Shown here in pieces: positions 15,734 through 22,692 of a DNA stretch of 32,000 nt. Each line of letters begins with the position of its first letter. Positions within the stretch are counted from its first letter, which is position 1. Under the pieces are notes generated by a model. The model saw nothing but the letters and a program-made list of their open reading frames with translations, ran no database searches and was not told the DNA's origin. This stretch comes from Cereibacter sphaeroides 2.4.1 (GTDB lineage Bacteria; Pseudomonadota; Alphaproteobacteria; Rhodobacterales; Rhodobacteraceae). The position numbers and the translations under genes were made by a program. The stretch spans positions 1,230,001-1,262,000 of the forward strand of contig NC_007493.2 of NCBI RefSeq assembly GCF_000012905.2. The letters are read 5' to 3'.

Positions 15734-16777
15734 TCAGTTGCTCAGCGGGCCCATCGGCACGCGGTTCGCGACCATTTCCTGCGTCTTGGCCAGCTCGGGA
15801 TCCGAGACGAGGCCGTAGGCCGCGAGCGGGCCGTCGGGGCCGGCCATCTCGTCGGAGACGAAGAACTCGATATATTCCTGCAGGCCCGGGATCACGTCGA
15901 GATGGGCGTTCTTGACGTAGAAGAAGAGCGGGCGCGACACCGGGTAGTCGCCGGCGGCAATGGTCTCGACCGAGGGGCTGACGCCCGACATGGTGGCAAC
16001 CTTCAGCTTGTCGGTGTTGTTCTGGTAGAACGACAGGCCGAACACGCCGATGGCGTTCTTGTTGGCGCTGATGCGCGAGAGCGTCTCGGTATAGTCGCCG
16101 TCGATGTCGACCGAGGCACCGTCGGTGCGCAGCGTCATGCAGAGCTCTTCGGCCTTGTCCTCGTCGCCGCCGTTCGCGGCCGCGAAGGCCTCCATGGCGC
16201 CGCTTTCCTCGCAGCCGGCGAGGACCACCTTCTCGTCGAACACTTCACGGGTGCCGTGCTTGGTGCCCGGGATGAAGGCGAGGATCGGCTGGTCGGAGAA
16301 GTCGCCGTTCACGTCCTTCCAGCTCTTGTTCGGGTTGGCCACGAGCTTGCCGTCGACCACCACCTGCGCCGCGAGCGCCTTGAACCAGTCGGCCGGCGTG
16401 AAGGCGAAGTCGGGGCCCTGGATGTCCGAGGCGAAGACGATCCCGTCGTAGCCGATGCGCACTTCCATGATCTCGTTCACGCCGTTCTGGGCGCAGAGGT
16501 CGATGTCGGACTGCTTGATGCGCGAGGAGGAGTTGGCGATGTCGATGGTGTTCTCGCCCACGCCTTCGCAGAGTTTCTTGCGCCCCGCGCCCGAGCCGCC
16601 GGATTCGACGACCGGCGTCGGGTAGTCGAAGTTCTCGCCGAAGGCCTCGGCCACGATGGTGGCATAGGGCAGCACGGTCGAGGAGCCGGCGCTCTGGATG
16701 TTGTCGCGGGCAGCGGCGATGCCTGCGGAGGCGGCGACCACGGCCAGCGACGACACCGTGAGCTTGAGAAGGGACAT
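15734..16777 (-). CDS. pstS: Phosphate ABC transporter substrate-binding protein PstS
   Basis: It has a signal peptide (MSLLKLTVSSLAVVAASAGIAAA) and an AGGAG SD. The PstS-family sequence shows SAGSSTVLPY...ESGGSGAG. It is the first gene of the pst operon. Confidence 0.92.
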   Translation of the reverse strand: MSLLKLTVSSLAVVAASAGIAAARDNIQSAGSSTVLPYATIVAEAFGENFDYPTPVVESGGSGAGRKKLCEGVGENTIDIANSSSRIKQSDIDLCAQNGVNEIMEVRIGYDGIVFASDIQGPDFAFTPADWFKALAAQVVVDGKLVANPNKSWKDVNGDFSDQPILAFIPGTKHGTREVFDEKVVLAGCEESGAMEAFAAANGGDEDKAEELCMTLRTDGASVDIDGDYTETLSRISANKNAIGVFGLSFYQNNTDKLKVATMSGVSPSVETIAAGDYPVSRPLFFYVKNAHLDVIPGLQEYIEFFVSDEMAGPDGPLAAYGLVSDPELAKTQEMVANRVPMGPLSN

Positions 16778-16848
16778 GGGGTACTCCTGTCGGTTGGGAC
16801 GGCCGCGCCGGGCGACCTCGGGGCCGTCCTAGACCTCCTGCGAGTCGG

Positions 16849-16881
16849 GTTTATTGCAGTTCGGTGACAGTTTTGTAACGG
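16849..16881 (-). promoter_or_regulatory. Candidate Pho box (three tandem 11-bp units) upstream of pstS
   Basis: The minus strand reads CCGTTACAAAA CTGTCACCGAA CTGCAATAAAC. The 7-mers match the enterobacterial/rhizobial CTGTCAT consensus at 4/7, 6/7 and 5/7, with 4-nt spacers. The box ends 72 nt upstream of the pstS ATG. Confidence 0.5.
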
Positions 16882-17152
16882 AGGCCGGCGGGGGCGCCGC
16901 GAAGCCTGGGCAAGACTGATGCGCCTGAGGGTGGATGCGAGGGACACACGGAGCCTGCTGCCGTGCAGGAGAGCGTCCCGGCCATCGGCATTGTCGCACC
17001 TCCTCGGTCGCGACCCGCCATCGACAGTGCCGTGGCCTTCGGCACGCTCGGCACCTCCTCGGCACTCGCCGTTGTGCGGAACAGCGTCTTCCCCGGCATT
17101 GGCATCGGTCGACCGCCGGCTGCCCGCCGCGTCGGCCGGGTGCAGCGCCGGG

Positions 17153-17842
17153 TCAGAGGGAGAAGAGATCCGGCGCCACGGGCTCGATCGGCTCGATGAG
17201 ATCGGGACCCTCGTTGCGGATCGAGTTGACCGTCCGGGCGACCTCGTGCCAGCCCAGAGCCTCCATCGGCAGGCGCGGCAGCGCCTCGACCGGGCAGCCG
17301 CCGAGCCAGTCGGCGGCCGCCTCGAGGCCCATCATCACCGGCATCCGGTCGTGCACCTGCGCCAGCGCACCGCGCACGGGCTCTGTCAGGACGGCGCAGG
17401 TCGGACCCTCGTACTCGGGCAGGCGCACGCGGCTTTCGAGCCCCGCCATGAGGAGGGCCGGTGCATTGCCCGAGGGGCGGATGTAGTGGGGATATTTCAC
17501 CCCGCCGCGCACCTGCCACTCGTAATAGCCCGAGGCCAGCACGAGGCAGCGTCCGCCGCGATAGGCCGCGCGGAAGCTGGGCGCGGTCGCCACGCTCTCG
17601 ATGCGCGCATTGATGGTGGTGGCCTTCCAGTCCTTCAGGCTGCCGCGGTGAAAGGCGGGGATCAGCCCCCAGCGGGCGAGATCGCCCTGAAGACCCAAGG
17701 GCCCCTGCCGCACGATGGGAATCATCGCCGTGGGCGGCACGTTGTAGCGGGTCTCGATCTCGGTCGCACCGGGCGCGAGCCCCTGCATCCAGCCGGCAAG
17801 CTGCGCCCAGGTCAGCTCCTTGTGGGCCATGCGTCCGCACAT
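17153..17842 (-). CDS. SOS response-associated peptidase (SRAP/YedK/HMCES family, abasic-site DNA-protein crosslinking)
   Basis: It has the N-terminal MCGR with catalytic Cys2, plus the SGYYEW and HDRMPV motifs. It is 229 aa. An AGAGG SD lies in the 10-nt gap after the arsR-like stop. Confidence 0.88.
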   Translation of the reverse strand: MCGRMAHKELTWAQLAGWMQGLAPGATEIETRYNVPPTAMIPIVRQGPLGLQGDLARWGLIPAFHRGSLKDWKATTINARIESVATAPSFRAAYRGGRCLVLASGYYEWQVRGGVKYPHYIRPSGNAPALLMAGLESRVRLPEYEGPTCAVLTEPVRGALAQVHDRMPVMMGLEAAADWLGGCPVEALPRLPMEALGWHEVARTVNSIRNEGPDLIEPIEPVAPDLFSL

Positions 17843-17852
17843 GGCCTCTGCC

Positions 17853-18206
17853 TCAGGGCCGGCAGAACATGTCGTAGAGCAGCACCATGGCGCGGCTCAC
17901 CTTGGGATCGGCGATGGAATACCAGATCGTCTTGCCCTCGCGCCGGGCCGACACCAGCCCCTCCTGCCGGAGCCGCGCGAGCTGCTGGCTGACGGCCGCC
18001 TGCCGCGAGGCGAGGAGCGACTCGAGCTCGGTCACCGATCGCTCGCCGTTCGAGAGATGGCAGAGGATCATCAGACGCCCCTCGTGCGAGAGCGCCTTGA
18101 GAAAGCCCGCGGCCGCCTGCGCCTGCATCACCATCTGCTCGGGAGGCACGGGTGCCGCCTCGTCAGCATCCAGTTGCGGGTCGTGCAGGTCGAAGGACAT
18201 GGGCAT
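17853..18206 (-). CDS. ArsR/SmtB-family transcriptional regulator
   Basis: The winged HTH shows FLKALSHEGRLMILCHLSNGERSVTELESLLASRQAAVSQQLARLRQEGLV. I start it at ATG 18206 because GAGGAG lies 4 nt upstream. The ORF-track start is 18236. Confidence 0.85.
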   Translation of the reverse strand: MPMSFDLHDPQLDADEAAPVPPEQMVMQAQAAAGFLKALSHEGRLMILCHLSNGERSVTELESLLASRQAAVSQQLARLRQEGLVSARREGKTIWYSIADPKVSRAMVLLYDMFCRP

Positions 18207-18272
18207 GGAACTCCTCATCGGGAGCACATGTAGCATGGCGGACGGCCCGTGGCGAGATGCCGCAAGGTGAGG

Positions 18273-18773
18273 TCAGCTCTCGGGGAGGAAGCGCCCGAAC
18301 CGGCCCTGCGAAAAGAGGAGCGGCGCGCCCGGACGCAGGGTCGCCCGCAGCACCGAGCCCAGCACGATGGCATGGTCGCCGCCCTCGTGCAGGGCGGCCT
18401 GCCGGCAGTCGAACCGGGCGAGGGGCGCGGGCAGGAGGGGCACGCCCTCGGCATTCGAGCGATAGCTCAGGCCCTCGAAGCCTGCGCCGCCGCGGGTGAA
18501 ACGCGCGGCGAGATCGCCCTGATCGGCATCGAGCACATGGATCGCATAATGCGCGGCATTGGCGAAGAGGTCGAACCGGCTGGAGGACCGGGCCGGAGAC
18601 CAGAGCACCAGCGGCGGGTCGAGCGAGACCGAGGCGAAGCTGTTGGCGGTCATGCCGGCCGGCCCGTCGTCGGTCAGCACCGTCACCACGGTCACGCCCG
18701 TCGCGAACCGGCCGAGCGCGTCGCGGAAGGCGCGCGCATCGGCGTCGGGGGCGAAGAGGATCTCCTCGGTCAT
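18273..18773 (-). CDS. Flavin reductase family protein (NAD(P)H-flavin oxidoreductase domain)
   Basis: It shows FRDALGRFATGVTVVT...MTANSFASVSLDPPLVLW, typical of the Flavin_Reduct family. ATG 18773 follows GAAGGAGAG. The ORF-track extension to 19010 has no support. Confidence 0.85.
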   Translation of the reverse strand: MTEEILFAPDADARAFRDALGRFATGVTVVTVLTDDGPAGMTANSFASVSLDPPLVLWSPARSSSRFDLFANAAHYAIHVLDADQGDLAARFTRGGAGFEGLSYRSNAEGVPLLPAPLARFDCRQAALHEGGDHAIVLGSVLRATLRPGAPLLFSQGRFGRFLPES

Positions 18774-19008
18774 CCGGGCTCTCCTTCGGGCAGGCCCCGG
18801 CGGGCGGGCCGCGGGCAGCTGGTCTCGTTCCGCCTGCGCGACCGGAAGGCGCTCGGGCGGGCTTTCCGTCTCACGATCCGCGCCGATGTGCAATGCGTCG
18901 GAAGCGTCGGTGCGGGAGGAGAGGCGCGGAACGGCCCCGGTTCCCGTGCGATCCGCCCTTGTCGCGCCGGATGGCTGCGCTAAGCCAGAGCTGTCAGCCG
19001 GAGGTGCC

Positions 19009-20004
19009 ATGCTGTTTGCCTATCAGAGAAACGGGGCCAAGTTGCGCCGCCTGCCGCCCGCGTCGGAACCGGAGGCCGAGGCCTGCCTCGCCTCGGCCCT
19101 CTGGATCGACCTCTACAAGCCGCTTCCAGGTCAGGTCGAGGCTGTCCGGCAGCTGGGGGTCGAGGTGCCGACGCTGGCCGACATGGAGGAGATCGAGGTC
19201 TCGAGCCGCCTCTACCGCGAGGAGGGGCTCGATTACATGACGGTGGTGCTGCCGGGCCAGACCGAGCTGAAGGAGCAGATTTCCGCGCCCGTCTGTTTCG
19301 TGCTCTCGCCCGAGCGCCTGGTGACGGTGCGCCATCATGTGCCGCGCCCCTTCGAGACCTATCCCGAGCGCGCCGACAAGGTGGGCCTCGGCTGCGCCCG
19401 CCCCGAGCAGGTGTTTCTGGGGCTGATCGAGGAGATCGTGGGGCGGCTCGCGGATCTGATGGAAGGATCTGGGCGGAGCCTCGACACGGTCTCGCGCGCG
19501 ATCTTCCAGCCGCCGGTGGCCACGCGCTCTCATGGCGCGCCGGCGCCCGAGCGGCTGCAGGAGCTGCTGGAACAGGTCGGGCGCGAGGGCGAGCGGCTGG
19601 CCCACATCCGCCTCGCGCTCCTGACGCTGGAGCGGGCGCTCGGCTTCTTCGCCCAGACCGTGCCCGACCGGATCGAGCAGGAGGGGCTGAAGCCCGCGAT
19701 CAAGAGCCTGCAGCGCGACATCGCGGCGATGGAGGTCCATGCCGATTTCGTCTCGCAGCGGGTGGCGCTGGCGACGGACGCCACGCTGGGCATGATCAAC
19801 CTCGCGCAGAACGCGACCGTGAAGATCGTGTCCGTGGTGGCGGTGCTGTTCCTGCCGCCGACGCTGGTCGCAAGCATCTACGGCATGAACTTCGCCCACA
19901 TGCCCGAACTGGAGCGGCCCTGGGGCTATCCCGGCGCGCTCGGGCTGATGCTGGCCTCCGCCGCCGGTGCCTGGGCCTATTTCAAATGGAAGAAGTGGCT
20001 GTGA
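19009..20004 (+). CDS. corA: Magnesium/cobalt transporter CorA
   Basis: ATG 19009 lies 4 nt after a GGAGG SD. The C-terminus has two transmembrane helices and the YGMNF signature (SIYGMNFAHMPEL). The 481-aa ORF-track version carries a spurious N-terminal extension. Confidence 0.9.
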   Translation: MLFAYQRNGAKLRRLPPASEPEAEACLASALWIDLYKPLPGQVEAVRQLGVEVPTLADMEEIEVSSRLYREEGLDYMTVVLPGQTELKEQISAPVCFVLSPERLVTVRHHVPRPFETYPERADKVGLGCARPEQVFLGLIEEIVGRLADLMEGSGRSLDTVSRAIFQPPVATRSHGAPAPERLQELLEQVGREGERLAHIRLALLTLERALGFFAQTVPDRIEQEGLKPAIKSLQRDIAAMEVHADFVSQRVALATDATLGMINLAQNATVKIVSVVAVLFLPPTLVASIYGMNFAHMPELERPWGYPGALGLMLASAAGAWAYFKWKKWL

Positions 20005-20147
20005 GCGGCCGCCCGGCGCCGTCTGCATAGCCGTCCGTCGAGGGAAAGGCCCGGAGGGCGGCTGGCCGCAAGGCCGGACCGAAGCGGCGGCGCCGGGCAG
20101 GGCGCAGCCCCTGCGGCGTCCGTCCGGCAGCGGGGCCTTCCGCGCGG

Positions 20148-21224
20148 TCAGCCGGCCCGGAAATGTTTCGCGAGCTTCAGCCCCTGGCCCTGATAGTTCG
20201 AGGCGATGCCCGCGCCATAGAGCATGTCCGGGCGCTCCTCCATCCGCTCGTAGACGAGGCGGCCCACGACCTGCCCATGTTCGAGCGCGAAGGGCGCCTC
20301 GTGGCAGCGCACTTCCAGAACCCCGCGCGAGCCCGTGCCGCCGGCCTGCGCATGGCCGAAGCCCGGATCGAAGAAGCCCGCGTAATGGACGCGAAATTCG
20401 CCCACCATGGCGAGGTAGGGCGCCATCTCGGCGGCATGATCGGGCGGAATCGTCACCGCCTCGCGGCTGACGAGAATGTAGAAGGCGCCGGGATCGAGGA
20501 TGATGCGCCCGTCGCGCGCGCGCACCTCCTCCCAGAAGTCCGAGGCCGGATAGTGGCCGATTCGGTCGAGATCGATCAGGCCGGTGTGCGGCTTGGCGCG
20601 GTAGCCCACGAGATCCCCCTCGACGGGGCGCAGATCGACCGAGAAGCCGAGCCCGCCCGAGATCACCGGCGTGCCGTCGACGAGCGGCTCGCGCCCGTGA
20701 AGGTCGGCGAGCTCCGCATCCGACAGCGTGGCCTCGCCCGCCCGGAAGCGGATCTGGTTCAGCCGCATCCCGGGGCGGACGAGGACCGAGAAGCTGCGCG
20801 GGCAGACCTCGGCATAGAGCGGGCCATGGTAGCCGTCGCGGATCCGGTCGAACTCGGTGCCACCGTCGGCGATGGTGCGGGTGAGCAGGTCGAGCCGCCC
20901 GGTGGAACTCTTGGCGTTGGCCACGGCCGAGACGCCCGGCGGCAGGGCAAGGCTCTCCATCAGCGGGATGACATAGACGCAGCCCTTCTCGAGCACGGCG
21001 CCCTGGGTCAGATCCACCCGGTGCATCTCGAATTCGGCGAGGCGATCTTTCACCGAGCGGCCGGCGCCCGCGAGAAACGAGGCGCGCACGCGATAGGCCA
21101 CGCGGCCGAGCCGCAGATCGAGGCTCGCGGGCTGGATCTGTCCGGCGATCGGGGGAATGTCGGCGGCAATGGCGCCCGAGGCGATCAGCGACCGGATCCG
21201 TTGCGATGCGAGAACTCCGGCCAT
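20148..21224 (-). CDS. dcd: 2'-deoxycytidine 5'-triphosphate deaminase, long (358 aa) alphaproteobacterial form
   Basis: A GAGGAGAGAGGG SD lies upstream. The N-terminus (MAGVLASQRIRSLIASGAI...IQPASLDLRLG) is Dcd/dUTPase-like. The length is about twice that of enterobacterial Dcd. Confidence 0.75.
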   Translation of the reverse strand: MAGVLASQRIRSLIASGAIAADIPPIAGQIQPASLDLRLGRVAYRVRASFLAGAGRSVKDRLAEFEMHRVDLTQGAVLEKGCVYVIPLMESLALPPGVSAVANAKSSTGRLDLLTRTIADGGTEFDRIRDGYHGPLYAEVCPRSFSVLVRPGMRLNQIRFRAGEATLSDAELADLHGREPLVDGTPVISGGLGFSVDLRPVEGDLVGYRAKPHTGLIDLDRIGHYPASDFWEEVRARDGRIILDPGAFYILVSREAVTIPPDHAAEMAPYLAMVGEFRVHYAGFFDPGFGHAQAGGTGSRGVLEVRCHEAPFALEHGQVVGRLVYERMEERPDMLYGAGIASNYQGQGLKLAKHFRAG

Positions 21225-21252
21225 CCCTCTCTCCTCGACAGGCTTTCAGAAG

Positions 21253-21288
21253 CAAAGAAGCCCGCCTCGACAGAGGCGGGCTTCTTTG
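21253..21288 (-). terminator. Rho-independent terminator hairpin downstream of tRNA-Pro (symmetric, potentially bidirectional)
   Basis: AAAGAAGCCCGCCTC (21254-21268) pairs perfectly with GAGGCGGGCTTCTTT (21273-21287) around a GACA loop. It starts 1-2 nt after the tRNA 3' end. The minus-strand tail is CTTCTTTGCTTCTG. Confidence 0.8.
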
Positions 21289-21289
21289 T

Positions 21290-21367
21290 TGGTCGGGCCG
21301 GCGAGATTCGAACTCGCGACCTTCCGCCCCCCAGACGGACGCGCTAACCAGGCTGCGCCACGGCCCG
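21290..21367 (-). tRNA. tRNA-Pro (anticodon GGG)
   Basis: The reverse complement folds by hand into a cloverleaf. It has acceptor CGGGCCG/CGGCCCG, D arm GCGC-AGCCTGGTTA-GCGC, anticodon stem TCCGT/GCGGA with loop CTGGGGG, T arm GCGAG-TTCGAAT-CTCGC, discriminator A and an encoded CCA. Confidence 0.9.
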
Positions 21368-21377
21368 ACAGGCGGGA

Positions 21378-21405
21378 TACATAACGAGATTTGCCGCGGG
21401 AGCAA
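21378..21405 (-). promoter_or_regulatory. Candidate sigma70-type promoter for tRNA-Pro
   Basis: The minus strand reads TTGCTC (21405-21400), a 16-nt spacer, then TATGTA (21383-21378). The -10 element ends 10 nt before the mature tRNA 5' end. Confidence 0.35.
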
Positions 21406-21447
21406 GCGGGAAACGCACCGGATCTCCCGCCTTATTCCGCACCCCCG

Positions 21448-22293
21448 TCACGCCTGCCGAAGCCGGTCGCGCAAGGCCAGCAGGCGTTCGCGCAAGGCCA
21501 GCACCTCGGCCCGCTGCGCGTGAAGACAGCCCGCAGGAAGCGCCCTGAGCCGCGCGGGACGCCATGTCACCGCCGCGTCCCCGTCCGAATCAACCGAGGC
21601 GCCGTCCGATTCGGCCTCCGGCTCGCAGGGCAGGGTGGCCTCCGGGGAGGGGCGCTTTGCCTCGGGCTTCGGCGGCAGGGGGGCCGTGCTGCGACGCAGC
21701 CGTGCCGGAACCTCGCCGGGATCGCGACGCGCGACGAGCGGCTCGGGCGGGGACCAGGCAAAGGGGGCCGCGGGTTCGATCTCGGTGACAGGCGTCTGCG
21801 GCGGATCGGCCGGGGCCTCTTCCGGTGGCTCGTCCGCGCCCTTGGTCGGCACGGGCTCGGGATCGGAGAGAGCGGACGCGGCATGCGCGGCCGCGGCGCG
21901 GCGCAGGGTCTCTGCCCGCTGCGGCTCGCGCGCGAAGGGCACGACCTCGCCGCGCGGCTCTTCCTCGACCGCGGCGAAGGGCGCCTCGTCCAGGGCAGGA
22001 TCGTCGGCGCCGGGATCCTGTCCGCCGAGGCCCGCCACATGGCGCACGCCCTGCTCGCGCAGGATCTTCTGCACGCCGCGGATGGTCATGCCCTCGTCAT
22101 GGAGCAGGCGGCGGATGCCGGCGAGCAATGCCACGTCGGAGGGCCGGTAGTAGCGCCGCCCGCCCGCCCGCTTGACCGGCCGGATCTGCGGGAAGCGGCT
22201 CTCCCAGAAGCGCAGCACATGGGCCGGCGTCTGCAGGATGTCGGCGACCTCGCTGATCGTGCGGAAGGCTTCAGCCGATTTTTCCATCCGCAT
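21448..22293 (-). CDS. MerR-family transcriptional regulator with a long acidic/Pro-rich C-terminal tail
   Basis: The N-terminal MerR HTH shows [55 protein letters not shown]. It starts 6 nt downstream of ihfA. ATG 22287 is an alternative start. Confidence 0.85.
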   Translation of the reverse strand: MRMEKSAEAFRTISEVADILQTPAHVLRFWESRFPQIRPVKRAGGRRYYRPSDVALLAGIRRLLHDEGMTIRGVQKILREQGVRHVAGLGGQDPGADDPALDEAPFAAVEEEPRGEVVPFAREPQRAETLRRAAAAHAASALSDPEPVPTKGADEPPEEAPADPPQTPVTEIEPAAPFAWSPPEPLVARRDPGEVPARLRRSTAPLPPKPEAKRPSPEATLPCEPEAESDGASVDSDGDAAVTWRPARLRALPAGCLHAQRAEVLALRERLLALRDRLRQA

Positions 22294-22299
22294 GTCCGA

Positions 22300-22602
22300 T
22301 CAGTTCTTGCCGCCGGCGGCGACACGCTCCTTCATCAGATGCGAGGGGCGGAAGGTGAGGACCCGGCGGGGCGAGATCGGTACCTCGTCGCCCGTCTTGG
22401 GGTTGCGGCCGATCCGGGCCGACTTGTCGCGCACCGTGAAGGTGCCGAAGGAGGAGATCTTCACCGTCTCGCCCGAGGCCAGCGCGTCCGACACATGCTG
22501 AAGCACGGATTCCACCAGCTGCGCGGATTCGTTGCGAGACAGGCCCACCTCGCGAAACACCGCTTCGCTCAGATCCATGCGCGTCAAGGTCTTGTCGCTC
22601 AT
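22300..22602 (-). CDS. ihfA: Integration host factor subunit alpha
   Basis: It shows GFGTF-type [37 protein letters not shown] start it at ATG 22602 ([11 protein letters not shown], 100 aa) rather than 22629. Confidence 0.92.
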
Positions 22603-22692
22603 CACATTCCCCACCCAAGGTTTCGCCACAGGATGAGGTATGAAGGATTCCGAGTCAATATCAACGGCTTGGAGCGGGCCGTTGAGACAGGT

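Noticed and set aside
12863-15915. Plus-strand ORFs of 467 aa (12863-14266) and 440 aa (14593-15915), plus 401 aa (15662-16867)
   Set aside because: They are antisense shadows of pstA, pstC and pstS. Their repetitive G/D/R/H/E composition has no recognisable domains.
17153-19008. LexA (SOS) box controlling the SRAP cluster
   Set aside because: No GTTC-N7-GTTC or GAAC-N7-GAAC direct repeat was found by eye in either candidate promoter region. Only the palindromic GGAAC-N7-GTTCC is present, and it does not fit the alphaproteobacterial LexA motif.
18994-21405. 803-aa ORF on the minus strand spanning corA, dcd and the tRNA
   Set aside because: It is antisense to corA, out of frame with dcd, and reads through a tRNA gene and its terminator. 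Its composition is Arg/Pro/Gly-biased. It is not a gene.
21225-21450. tRNA-Pro as a possible genomic-island integration site
   Set aside because: Both flanks are conserved housekeeping genes (dcd; merR-ihfA-fabH). There is no integrase, no direct repeat of the tRNA 3' end, and no compositional change visible by eye.
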